A stretch of DNA of 64,000 nt. Origin: Candidatus Omnitrophota bacterium (lineage in GTDB: Bacteria; Omnitrophota; Gorgyraeia; Tantalellales; Tantalellaceae). Made by a program: the position numbers and the translations under genes. The notes under the pieces were generated by a model. The model did not search any database. It had not been told where the DNA came from and was given only the letters and a program-made list of their open reading frames with translations. The DNA lies in the NCBI GenBank assembly GCA_015231405.1, contig JADGBR010000014.1:3555-67554 (forward strand), in the 5' to 3' direction. Shown one piece after another: positions 1 through 9,900 of this stretch; within the stretch, counting starts at the first letter, position 1, and each line of letters starts with the position of its first letter.

Positions 1-76
1 CGTCGACCTCGACCGTCGGGTTACCCCTTGAATCCATTATCTCCCTTCCGATAACTTTAGTGATCTTCGTAGACAT
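1..76 (-). CDS. eno: Enolase (phosphopyruvate hydratase), 5' end only; the gene continues past the window start
   Basis: Minus-strand translation from the ATG at 76..74 reads MSTKITKVIGREIMDSRGNPTVEVD, the canonical enolase N-terminus. An AGGAGA RBS sits upstream. Confidence 0.8.
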   Translation of the reverse strand, partial: MSTKITKVIGREIMDSRGNPTVEVD

Positions 77-112
77 TTTTTCTCCTTTTTTTAGCTATCA
101 GCCTTGTCCTTC

Positions 113-739
113 TTAATCCCTTATCCTGACCTTATTTTCCTCGACAACGATCCTCCCCTCGCAAAACAGCCTTACAGCCTCCGGATACAACCGATGCTCG
201 ACCTTATGTATCTTTTCCTCCAACGTCTCGAGCGTATCTCCCTTCTCGATACTGACCTCTTCCTGCAGTATCACCGGGCCCGAATCAAGTTCCTCCGTCA
301 CGAAATGAACGGTCACCCCGGTGACGCTTGTCCCGGAAACGAACGCGTCACGGATCCCGCAAGCGCCTTTAAATGACGGCAACAGCGAGGGATGTATGTT
401 CATTATCCTACCCTCGAGCGATCTGACAAACCAACCGCTCAATATCCTCATGAACCCGGCCAGGACGACAAGACCTATCCCGGCCTCCTTAAGCCGGCCG
501 GAAATGACCTTGTCGTATGCCTCACGCGTCGCATAGCCTTTCTTCTCAAGAACGAATACGGGTATCCCGGCTTTTTCCGCGCGTTTAACGGCAAAAGCCC
601 CGGGGTTATCCGAAACTACTAGCTCTATCCGCCCTCCTGAAAGGCCTTTTCCCGCCTCGCAGTCAATGAGCGCCTGAAGGTTCGACCCGTTACCCGAAAC
701 GAACACGGCGATATTCGTGGTTTTCATTATGCCGCTCAT
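113..739 (-). CDS. purN: Phosphoribosylglycinamide formyltransferase (GAR transformylase)
   Basis: 208 aa, starting MKTTNIAVFVSGNGSNLQALID with NIHPSLLPSF and the folate-binding core. Length and motifs match PurN. Confidence 0.9.
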   Translation of the reverse strand: MSGIMKTTNIAVFVSGNGSNLQALIDCEAGKGLSGGRIELVVSDNPGAFAVKRAEKAGIPVFVLEKKGYATREAYDKVISGRLKEAGIGLVVLAGFMRILSGWFVRSLEGRIMNIHPSLLPSFKGACGIRDAFVSGTSVTGVTVHFVTEELDSGPVILQEEVSIEKGDTLETLEEKIHKVEHRLYPEAVRLFCEGRIVVEENKVRIRD

Positions 740-781
740 TATACCCCGTGGAGAGGCCCGAACGCAATCGCTACCCGCTCA

Positions 782-1825
782 TTAATGTAAAATAACGAGC
801 AGAAAAAAGTACACCGCCATTACTATCAGCCCGACCGGCACTCCGAATCGCGCCCATTCCGAACTTTTGATCTTCAGCTTCCCCGCAGAAATTATATTAG
901 GGATATTGCCGGGAATGAGCATACCCCCCGCTATCAAAAGACCTATAATAGCCGCTTTTAACTGCAAAAGCCCCATGTTTGGGCCTATCTCAGCCGCCGC
1001 TAGAGTAGCGTTGTCGAGGATCGCTGAGACACTGTTCAGCCAATACAGGCCCTGGTAAGGGATCCTGGATATATAAACATCGATGATCGGCTTGAACCCC
1101 TTTCCCAGGAATATCAACGCCATCACAAAAAAATAAACCTTAACGGCCCTGATAATTACCTCCTTTGGGGTCTCACCACGCGAACTCACCATTCCTTTAT
1201 CGCCCTCGCGCCTTAGAGGCACCATTGCCGCGCCCAAGAAACCGAACAAGAGAACACCCGAAACGATATAGAGCCAAAGATTCTTCAGTAAAAAAAAGAA
1301 ATCCGCGTAATACGGCGCCGGCCTCAGCTTAGCGATAACTATCGTCGAAAGCGGCTCCCCGATAGGCGTGAGCGCAGCGCCCAATCCTATCGAGTAACAG
1401 GCAAGGATCACGATCTTTATCTCATGCTTTCTTTCGAGGGTCAAACAGCCGATCACCGCCACCAGGACAAGAGCGGCGATAATAGCGGTTATGACGCTGG
1501 ACACTAGCCCCAGGAGCACGATGACAAGGAATGAAAATGTCCTGAGGCCGATAGCGTCGGCTATCTTATTGACATTCTGGGTGATCTCGTCCCGGAAGGA
1601 CCTGAATATAAAACCCGCCGCGAGGACCGCGAGGGCTATCTTTACCGGCTCAACTAAGGCTTCTTTTATCAAACCGAGCTCCCACTGCGAGGTGATCGTC
1701 ACCGCGATGGAGCCCATGATGAAAAGAAAGATCTCAAGCTCTTCCTCGATCTTCCTGACCAAAAAAGGTCCCAAGAGAACGACCGCCAGAATAAGGAATA
1801 AGCCGGGAAAGGAAAATGATGTCAT
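782..1825 (-). CDS. Polytopic inner-membrane protein, putative transporter; family not confidently recognised
   Basis: 347 aa, almost entirely hydrophobic helices (10 or more predicted TM segments), with a coding-like codon pattern. No soluble domain. Confidence 0.5.
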   Translation of the reverse strand: MTSFSFPGLFLILAVVLLGPFLVRKIEEELEIFLFIMGSIAVTITSQWELGLIKEALVEPVKIALAVLAAGFIFRSFRDEITQNVNKIADAIGLRTFSFLVIVLLGLVSSVITAIIAALVLVAVIGCLTLERKHEIKIVILACYSIGLGAALTPIGEPLSTIVIAKLRPAPYYADFFFLLKNLWLYIVSGVLLFGFLGAAMVPLRREGDKGMVSSRGETPKEVIIRAVKVYFFVMALIFLGKGFKPIIDVYISRIPYQGLYWLNSVSAILDNATLAAAEIGPNMGLLQLKAAIIGLLIAGGMLIPGNIPNIISAGKLKIKSSEWARFGVPVGLIVMAVYFFLLVILH

Positions 1826-1838
1826 AACGAGATGGAAC

Positions 1839-1914
1839 TGGAGCCCGCGAGTGGAGTCGAACCACCGACCTAAGCATTACGAATGCTTTGCTCTACCAAC
1901 TGAGCTACACGGGC
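1839..1914 (-). tRNA. tRNA-Thr (anticodon CGU), CCA encoded
   Basis: The reverse complement folds as a cloverleaf: acceptor GCCCGUG/CGCGGGC, D-arm GCUC..GAGC, anticodon stem AAGCA/UGCUU with loop UUCGUAA (anticodon CGU), T-arm GGUGG-UUCGACU-CCACU, then discriminator U and CCA. Confidence 0.85.
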
Positions 1915-2364
1915 GCTAGTGATTTCCCATAAGATTCTATAATTAAACGAACGGTTTTTCAAGGATAATCAACATAGGGTCAAGGGGCAAGGGGTATGGG
2001 TATTGTGTGTTTCTATATCGTACTCGTACAGCCTTCCACTTTCCCTGCCCCTTGCCCCCTGCCCCTTTATTTTTATTGACCGTGATATGCTTTTGTTATA
2101 TCATTGTCGTGAACTCAACCTTACTTCATACAATGCTTGGAAAAAAAGTAAAAAAATTATATTGCTGCGAAAAGTGCAAGAATTACTGGACCTGCGAACA
2201 GAAATGGTATCGCGGGGAAAGAGGGGAGGAGAACATATGCTGTTCCCTCTGCATATTCTTCGAAGCCCACTGGCGCAATATCCCGAAACCCCCGATAACG
2301 AGTAAAAAACCCCGCAGATAAATCTTTTTCCCCCGGGGCGACATAGGGTATAATAGCTACCGTT

Positions 2365-3504
2365 ATGGCATTCGGATTTCTTAAGACCAGATTCATCCTT
2401 TATTTCATGCTCCTCGTAGCGCTTGGCGTGTTCCTCTTCAACTCGCTCCTCACTCGGCAAAGCGCTATCATGTACAGGTATTTCATCGAAAAGCCTTCGG
2501 CTTACAACCTCGAAAGGGCCGAGAGGCTCTCGACGTCGATATACAACAGCTTCAAGAAAGAGGTCCTCATCCCCTCTATCGAGAACATCGAAGCCTTTAT
2601 TAAAAAATATAACGATATACCTTTTCTCAGCGTCAATTTCATATACTCGGACGCCTCGGGGAACATGAAAAGCGTAGTAGGCGACGTCAAGGACATTGAC
2701 ATCCTGAACGCGGAATACGTTTACCAGATAAGGTCAGGGACGGAGAACATCGGGACGCTTCTCGTGTACGACATAAACAAGGAATACAAGAAAGGTCTGG
2801 GCGAGTACGACCATATCCTCAACGTAACGCGCGTTTCGTTCAGTTTTCTCCTCATTTTTCTTCTCTCGATCTTCATATACAGGGAATACAGCGTGAGCAT
2901 GGAGCACAGGAAACGCATAGCCGAGTACCAGGCGGTGCACGACGGCCTGACGGGGATGTACACCAACAAATATTTCAAGGAACACCTCGCGCAGGAGATG
3001 AAAAAATCAAGAAGGTCGGGCCTGCCCCTCTGCCTATTGATGTGCGATGTCGACCATTTCAAGCGGTTCAACGATACTTACGGCCATCTCGCCGGGGACG
3101 TGGTCCTCCAGCATGTCGCCAGGATAATCGCCGAGAACGTCAGGGAATCCGACATAGTCGCCCGTTACGGCGGCGAGGAATTCGCGGTCATACTTCTGGA
3201 CACGGGCGCGAAAAAAGGCCATGACGCCGCGAAGCGGACCACTCCCCCTTTCACCGAGGAATCCCTCATGATCGCCCAGAGGATAAAAAAGAAGATCGAG
3301 ACCGCCCGCGTGCGCCTCGATTCCGACACCGAGGTCGGAGTGACAATGAGCGTGGGCCTCTCTTTCTACACCGACGAGACCGAACATACGCAGTCTTCAC
3401 TGGTCCACGAGGCGGACCAGGCGTTATACCAGTCTAAGAACAACGGAAGGAACAGGATCACGGTGTCTTATCCGGGGAAAGACGAGACGGTAGAGTATGT
3501 ATAG
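2365..3504 (+). CDS. Membrane-anchored diguanylate cyclase (GGDEF domain) with an N-terminal two-TM sensor region
   Basis: C-terminal GGDEF domain with LTGMYTNKYF, DVDHFKRFNDTYGH and RYGGEEFAVIL (GGEEF active site). TM helices at the N-terminus and around aa 165-185. Confidence 0.9.
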   Translation: MAFGFLKTRFILYFMLLVALGVFLFNSLLTRQSAIMYRYFIEKPSAYNLERAERLSTSIYNSFKKEVLIPSIENIEAFIKKYNDIPFLSVNFIYSDASGNMKSVVGDVKDIDILNAEYVYQIRSGTENIGTLLVYDINKEYKKGLGEYDHILNVTRVSFSFLLIFLLSIFIYREYSVSMEHRKRIAEYQAVHDGLTGMYTNKYFKEHLAQEMKKSRRSGLPLCLLMCDVDHFKRFNDTYGHLAGDVVLQHVARIIAENVRESDIVARYGGEEFAVILLDTGAKKGHDAAKRTTPPFTEESLMIAQRIKKKIETARVRLDSDTEVGVTMSVGLSFYTDETEHTQSSLVHEADQALYQSKNNGRNRITVSYPGKDETVEYV

Positions 3505-3538
3505 TTAACGTAGGACGTCATAAATTAATTAAGTGAAC

Positions 3539-4504
3539 TCACAGATAAGCTTTTTCAGAGAGATAATTAACTATATAATCCCCGACCGAATCCTCCAGGG
3601 ACTTGAACTTGACCGAGCATCCGGTCCGAACGAGTTTAGACATATCGGCCTGGGTAAAATACTGGTATTTAGGCCTTAAGTGTTCCGGCATATCCATATA
3701 CTCTATTTTTTCCTTTTTTCCCGCCGCCTTGAACATCGCTTTAGCCAGGTCGTTCCAGCTCCGGGCTTTACCTGTCCCCAGGTTAAAGATGCCCGAACGT
3801 CCCGGTTCCGAAAATAACTTGAACATGACGTCGACCACGTCTTTGACATAGATAAAATCCCTTTTCTGTTCGCCGTCGGCGATACCCTTGCGATAGGACT
3901 TGAAAAGCTTGATACACCCATTCGACGCCACTTCATCGTACTTTTTACAGACGACGCTCATCATGTCGCCTTTATGGTACTCGTTCGGGCCGAACACATT
4001 GAAAAATTTAAGCCCGGTGACCTTGTTCGCTAATTTGTTCTCGAGGACCCACATATCGAAAAGCTGTTTTGAATAGCCGTACATATTGAGCGGCTTAAGA
4101 CCGCAGGTCATATCGTCGGAATCCGAGTAACCGAGCTCGCCGTCGCCGTAAGTCGCGGCCGATGAGGCGTACATGAACGGCGTCTTGTTCTTTAAAGCCC
4201 ATGAAGCCAGGGCTTTTGAATACCCGAAATTATTCCTTATGAAATGGTCCGCGTCGGTACAAGTCGTGGAGCTCGTCGCGCCTATGTGGACCACGTGATC
4301 CGCCTTCCCTAGTTTACCGGACTCGACGAGTGAGAGGAGATCATCTTTCTGGATATAATCCGCGAAGAGTTTCCCCGACAGGTTCTTCCATTTCTCCGAG
4401 GAATCAAGATGGTCGACAACTATTATGTCGCTTATCCCTTCCTGGTTAAGCTTCCAGAGAAAAACGCTCCCGATGAACCCCGCGCCGCCTGTCAAGATTA
4501 TCAT
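3539..4504 (-). CDS. hldD: ADP-L-glycero-D-manno-heptose 6-epimerase (NAD-dependent epimerase family)
   Basis: 321 aa starting MIILTGGAGFIGS (Rossmann GxxGxxG) with epimerase YxxxK. Overall length and N-terminus match HldD/RfaD. Confidence 0.8.
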   Translation of the reverse strand: MIILTGGAGFIGSVFLWKLNQEGISDIIVVDHLDSSEKWKNLSGKLFADYIQKDDLLSLVESGKLGKADHVVHIGATSSTTCTDADHFIRNNFGYSKALASWALKNKTPFMYASSAATYGDGELGYSDSDDMTCGLKPLNMYGYSKQLFDMWVLENKLANKVTGLKFFNVFGPNEYHKGDMMSVVCKKYDEVASNGCIKLFKSYRKGIADGEQKRDFIYVKDVVDVMFKLFSEPGRSGIFNLGTGKARSWNDLAKAMFKAAGKKEKIEYMDMPEHLRPKYQYFTQADMSKLVRTGCSVKFKSLEDSVGDYIVNYLSEKAYL

Positions 4505-4554
4505 GGTTGCCTCCTTCGACGATCGATCCCCGACCGTCGATCATCGTTCATGCC

Positions 4555-5616
4555 TTACGATCCGCCGCCGGAGGCGTCATCCTTCTCATCCCCGCCATCC
4601 GAACCCGTCACACCCTTGATGAGTTTCATTATCTCGCGCTTTTTCTTCGCCAGCAAAATAAGGAAGGCGGTCTCTTTGAGGAACAATTTAACGTCCCTGG
4701 CGGGATAACCCCATAGTACCGAACCGTCCTTGACATTATGTTTTATGACGGCGGACTTCGCGCCTATCTGGACGTTATTGCCTATCTTCACATGGTCCGA
4801 TACCCCGGACTGCCCGCCCATCATCACATTGTCCCCGACTGTCGAGGATCCCGCGATGCCTGACTGAGCCGCGACAAATACGTTCTTACCCATTTTTACA
4901 TTATGGGCTATCTGCACGAGATTATCAAGTTTGACGTTATCCCCTACCACGGTATTGTCGAAAGTGCCCCTGTCCACGCAGCTATTTGCGCCTATCTCGA
5001 CATTATCACCGATAACCGCCACTCCCATCTGCGGGACTTTGTATATCCCGTCGGGCCTCGTAATAAAGCCGAACCCGTCGGCCCCGATAACGGCGCCTGA
5101 ATGAATTATCGTATTCCTGCCTATCACCGAACCGTAGTATACCGTGACGTTATCGTAGATCCGCGTACCTTCGCCGATCCGCACGTCGTCGCCGATGACC
5201 GTATTGTTCCCTATCGACACGTCTTTCCCGATATCGGCTCTCTCGCCGATAACCGCGTTCGCTCCTATCCCGGAATTTGCTCCGATCTTCGCGGTCCCGC
5301 TTATGATCGCCCTGGGATGTATCTCGCCCTTAGGCTGGGGCATTATCTTGAGAAAAGTGTTATAGATGACCGTAAGAGAAAGCTTGATATCCCTGACCTT
5401 GATCACCGGCTTTGGGTACCCGGCGGACACGTCCATATTGGTCATAACACAGGATGCCGGGCCGTTCTTCGCGGCCTCAAGCTGTTCGGGGACGACCGCG
5501 AACGTCAAACATCCCGGACCTGAGTGATACGGCGAGGCAAGGCCCGTGATCTTCACACCCGCTTCTCCGGAAATTTCACCGCTAACCAGCTTAGCCGCTT
5601 CCTGGACCGTTATCAT
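4555..5616 (-). CDS. lpxD: UDP-3-O-acylglucosamine N-acyltransferase
   Basis: 353 aa with a long left-handed beta-helix of hexapeptide repeats and the LpxD core GADGFGF...PQMGVAVIGDNVEIGANSCVDRG...IAHNV. N-terminal domain as in LpxD. Confidence 0.85.
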   Translation of the reverse strand: MITVQEAAKLVSGEISGEAGVKITGLASPYHSGPGCLTFAVVPEQLEAAKNGPASCVMTNMDVSAGYPKPVIKVRDIKLSLTVIYNTFLKIMPQPKGEIHPRAIISGTAKIGANSGIGANAVIGERADIGKDVSIGNNTVIGDDVRIGEGTRIYDNVTVYYGSVIGRNTIIHSGAVIGADGFGFITRPDGIYKVPQMGVAVIGDNVEIGANSCVDRGTFDNTVVGDNVKLDNLVQIAHNVKMGKNVFVAAQSGIAGSSTVGDNVMMGGQSGVSDHVKIGNNVQIGAKSAVIKHNVKDGSVLWGYPARDVKLFLKETAFLILLAKKKREIMKLIKGVTGSDGGDEKDDASGGGS

Positions 5617-5690
5617 GACACCGCCCTTTTTAAATGGAAAGGGACAGCTTCCGTTCTTTCCGGAAGCTGTCCCCTTTTTTTACAAAAAAC

Positions 5691-5975
5691 TTACAGGCTA
5701 TCCTTGAGGCTTTTCCCCGCCCTGAAAGTCACGGTCTTCTTCGCGGAGATCTTTATCGATTTTCCGGTCTGGGGATTACGGCCGGTCCTGGCTTTCCTGA
5801 TCTTCATCTGGAAAGTTCCGAGTTCCGGTAAACGGATAACTCTTTCCTTATCCTTGCCTTTCGAGAGGCGGTCCACAAGAGCGGCTGCCACGTAATCATA
5901 CGCCCTCGAAGCGTCCGCTTTCGTGCCGTACTTGCCCAGTTTCGCGATGGAATCGATCAATTCTGCTTTGTTCAT
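5691..5975 (-). CDS. hup: HU/IHF-family nucleoid DNA-binding protein
   Basis: 94 aa, MNKAELIDSIA...GTFQMKIRKARTGRNPQTGKSIKI, the typical HU arm motif RNPQTG. Confidence 0.9.
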   Translation of the reverse strand: MNKAELIDSIAKLGKYGTKADASRAYDYVAAALVDRLSKGKDKERVIRLPELGTFQMKIRKARTGRNPQTGKSIKISAKKTVTFRAGKSLKDSL

Positions 5976-6158
5976 TAACGACCTCCTTTTACTGTTTTAT
6001 AAATTTTGTTTTACAAAACAAACACCGGTACTATACAAAATAACGACCTCTTTGTCAATATGAAATAGCTAAATTAAGGGTTTCGGGGGATAGACCTGAA
6101 ATGGGCCTTATTTTATGGGCTTTTCGGAAAGTTGCACCTTCCATCTGAACAACCAATG

Positions 6159-6203
6159 AGTCAGACTGTGTCCCTCTATTAGGCATTATGACACAGTCTG
6201 ACT
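6159..6203. promoter_or_regulatory. Perfect 13-bp inverted repeat (AGTCAGACTGTGT ... ACACAGTCTGACT) with a 19-nt spacer; candidate operator
   Basis: Read directly from the sequence. It lies about 30 bp upstream of a TATAAT box (6233..6238) that precedes the small ORF starting at 6246. Confidence 0.3.
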
Positions 6204-6245
6204 AAAGACTTTAAGTTCATCGGGCGAAGTCGTATAATGCTCAGC

Positions 6246-6629
6246 ATGGAAAAGAAGACCCGTCAATTTCTTTACAGGGCGCGTTTCTACTACTGGCCGA
6301 AATTCGTCGAGCGTTATTTATTGTGGGGGATCCTTCTGATCGCCATTATCACGGCTTTTTCCGAGCATTATCTGAAAAAGAACGCCCCTATGCTATTCAT
6401 GGCGCTTTTATCCTTCACGCTTCTTTTCATGGGATCAACCTCCATCCGCACCGGAAAACTCCCGAACACCCGCGGCGCCGAATACTCATCAGACCTCGCC
6501 AAAGCCTCAGGTTGGATAATGGTAGCCATAGCCGCGATGACGCTCCTAGCGTGCTCCATCGATCTCATCTCTCTTCTTTTTGCCGTAGCGGAAAGGGTGA
6601 ATTTGTCGCGGAGAACGGGAAGATGGTAA
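6246..6629 (+). CDS. Hypothetical small membrane protein
   Basis: ORF with three or four hydrophobic segments. TATAAT sits 7 nt upstream of the ATG at 6246 (possible leaderless transcript). No recognisable family. Confidence 0.35.
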   Translation: MEKKTRQFLYRARFYYWPKFVERYLLWGILLIAIITAFSEHYLKKNAPMLFMALLSFTLLFMGSTSIRTGKLPNTRGAEYSSDLAKASGWIMVAIAAMTLLACSIDLISLLFAVAERVNLSRRTGRW

Positions 6630-6767
6630 ACGCGTTGGTTGTTGGCAGGTATCTGGACATCGGAGCATGGATCAAATCCCAATTCATTCCCGCATGGTCC
6701 TCCTTCGCCTTTCTTGTATGGCGAAGCCAACCGAAGCCAAATAATATAAAAATAGGTTGGCGAAGGT

Positions 6768-6843
6768 TGGCGTCCCCGGGCAGATTCGAACTGCCGCTTC
6801 CGGCTCCGGAGGCCGGTACTCTATCCAGCTGAGCTACGGGGAC
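6768..6843 (-). tRNA. tRNA-Arg (anticodon CCG), CCA encoded
   Basis: The reverse complement is GUCCCCG-UA-GCUC-AGCUGGAUA-GAGU-A-CCGGC-CUCCGGA-GCCGG-AAGC-GGCAG-UUCGAAU-CUGCC-CGGGGAC-G-CCA. All stems pair; anticodon loop CU-CCG-GA. Confidence 0.85.
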
Positions 6844-6909
6844 AATAAGTGATTCTAGCACATTTGGAGGCCTTCCGAAAGGGCTTTTGGCGCTTCTTCT
6901 TCATATATC

Positions 6910-9900
6910 TTACGCCGCGGACATTGCGCCGAGCGTCGAGAGGTATTCTTCGTATTCCGCTTTTATCTCCTTTGTCACAAGCGTTACCGGCGGGAGCGCA
7001 TAGAGCCATCCGCCTGAGGCGCCTGTCTTTCTTATCTCGAGCGCTTTCATGAGAACCGCCTCGAACGAATAAAGGCCTCTTTCTATACCTACTATAATGA
7101 AGGGTATTTTCTCCCTTATCGAAAGGTCCGACATCCTCGCCGGATCGCCGGCGGGCCCTTTCAATACGCCGAGTATCTCTCCGGCGCCCTTGGCCCTGGC
7201 TGTACGGATCACGCTGTTCACTGTCTCCTCTTCAGTGAACTTCCCTTCGCGGCCGTTGGGCGCGAGGAAAACGACCTTTATGTCGGCGCCTGAACCGGCT
7301 ATCATCCTCTCCACAAGTACCGCGTTCTTTTCATCCTTGTAATGTATGAAGAACGTCATGCCTTTTAACAGAGTCGCCTCTTCGGTAAGACGCTTCACCG
7401 ACCGCCCGATGTCCAGCATCAGGGCGTCATTGATGATCTCGTCGGCGAATATGATGAAACCCCGTTTCGCCATGGGTTCATCCGCGGCAAGCTTGTCGAG
7501 CCCTTCGGTATATTCGTCCGTCGCGTACTCCTTTTTGCCCGCTAGCGCCTCGCCGCGCGACAATAACCCTTCCTCCAGGCTCATGAAACCGGGCTTCCCT
7601 TTGATCCCGTAGTAGGAGTCGAACCTTTCGGCGACATCGTGACCGTTGCCGTTATGCTCTGCCCCCTGCTGGTCACGGGTCTGGACGAACACGAACTTAA
7701 GATCCCCGTCCTCTTCCGAGATGCATCCTTCCATGTCCTGCTCATCTTCGAAAGATCCCCTTATTTTCATCGCCGAATCGAATATTCGTAAAAGTATGTC
7801 CTTGCATTCAGCAAGAGGTCTCGCGAAATGGTCTTTGTCATAACTTACCCTCTCCGTCACAAGCCCGCCGGCGCCGGAGACGAGCCTTTCGCTTTTATTG
7901 GCGAACGATATCCTCTTTATTTCGCGGGTTTTACGGTTTATAAGGAACCTGTGAGGAGAACCGGGATACTCTCCGCTTACAAGCGTCTCCCCCAGACCCT
8001 CGACTATCTCTATCACCATGTCCTCGGGATCCTCACCTACCGGGTCCAGCGTATGCACTACGAACCCGTAATCCGCCTTTTCCATCTTATGCACCAGCAC
8101 CGACATTCCCACTTCATCGTGCGGTATGCCGTTGGCCTCACGATCGAAATACGCCCTTTCGTTCCAGACGCTCATCCAGACCTTCTTTATGAATTCGTCC
8201 ACCATGCCGGGATCGTCCGGGGATATGTTGCCGAAAGAGTCGTATAAGCCCGCTCCGGCGTACCGTGGAAGATCTTCGGCGTTGGTGGACGACCTGAAAA
8301 AATAAAGCCCGCCGCCGAGCTCATCTTTTATCTTAGCGCAAATTGACTTGACCTCATCCTCCGGTATATCCAGGCTTTTGATCTTGAATTTCATGAGGTT
8401 CAGGAGGAACACGAGCTCTTCCCTGTCCGCCGAGCCCATCCTTTTTTCGATATAACTCATCTCCTCTTTTATCTTAGCGTTCTTTTTAAGGTCAAGGATA
8501 TGCTTATAAAAAGCGAATGAGATCGCCATATGCCGCGGCACTTTATCCCCGTAGCGGATGCCGGAGAGCCTGAGAGCCTTATTCCCGGCGTTCTCTAGCT
8601 TATACTCCCCGGGAGAGAGCAGGTATTCGCCGTCCGTCTCGACGGGCGGAACGGTAAAAGCCGACGCGACCTCATGGACCCTGTATGAACCCTCTTTAAT
8701 CTTATCGCCCAGGTCAGTTATGGCAAGGCCGTCATTCCCGGCTCGTATGATAATATCCTTGTCATGATACCCTTTGAGCATCTCTTCGACCGTGTCCGCG
8801 TCCGAGCACATGACGAACGGGATATTGAACTGCCGGGCCCTTATTGCCGGATGCGACAGGAGGCTTTCCTCTTTCATGATTATTATCCCAGCGCAATTCT
8901 CTATCGGCGGGCTTTCGGCGGGAAGCTCTTTAACCACGACGATGTCGGATGGTTGTATATCCTTCTGGTTCCTCACATCGTCGATGAACCTCAGTCTCCC
9001 TCTCATGTCCCCTTTTACAACGACCTGCCAGCCGGATATCCCTCCCTCGGTCATGACATGTTCCTTAACGTCCTTAAGGAACATCGAGAGAAGATAGATA
9101 GTATCCGACCTGAAAAGATTGGATGAGAAATTTTCGACCCATTCCTCGCCGTCGGGGCCCACGTTGAGTGCTCTCGCCGTCCTCTCGGCCATGGACTGGT
9201 ATTGAGCAATAATTTTTCCGGCTGATACGTTTATCAGCCTTTCGGCCCTGTTCATGAGCGAATATAGCCTGAGATATTTTTCTTCCCCGTATTGTTCCGG
9301 ATCAAAAGCCTCGACATCCCTCAACATCGCGTCGATCTCGTTCCTGTCGTAACCGTTGAAAGCGGTGTTCCTAAGAAGGATGGTCATCATCTCTTTCATC
9401 GAGGCTAGGTCCGTGACATCTTTTTCTATCCTGTTATACACGCTGTAAAAAAGCACCTCGAGCGAGTTAAGGAGCTGTATGCCGCTCGTCGCGGCTTCGC
9501 CCCTCGTGAACCTCGTGAGTTCAAAGACGATACCCCTCGCCCTTATGATCTCTCCGAGGTCATCGACACTTCGTCTCTCTCCGGAATAGTTCCTCCTTAC
9601 GATAGAGCCGACGTCGTCCTTTTCCGCGCCATATCCTTCGAAAGATCCCCGCCAGTTATTGAACAGCGTACCGATCCCTTCGAGATTGCCCTCTCCGTAA
9701 ACGGTCTCCAAAGTCGCGAGCGCCGTGTTGCAGGCGTTTATCACCCTTTGCCTTCTCGCAGCGTCAGGGATGGCGTCAGACGCCTCCACCGTGTAACCGC
9801 ACTTGCGTATGCTTTGAGCTACGTTCTCGTCGGAACAATTCGAGACCAGCCAATCCCGAAGTAGCCGGACAACATAAAGATGCTGCGGCGATGGGCGGTT

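Noticed and set aside
2003-2460. Three mutually overlapping 100-120 aa ORFs in the tRNA-Thr to GGDEF intergenic region
   Set aside because: They overlap each other on both strands in a repeat-containing promoter region. No family resemblance and no consistent coding periodicity.
5524-5895. 123-aa plus-strand ORF overlapping the HU gene
   Set aside because: Antisense to a well-supported HU gene.
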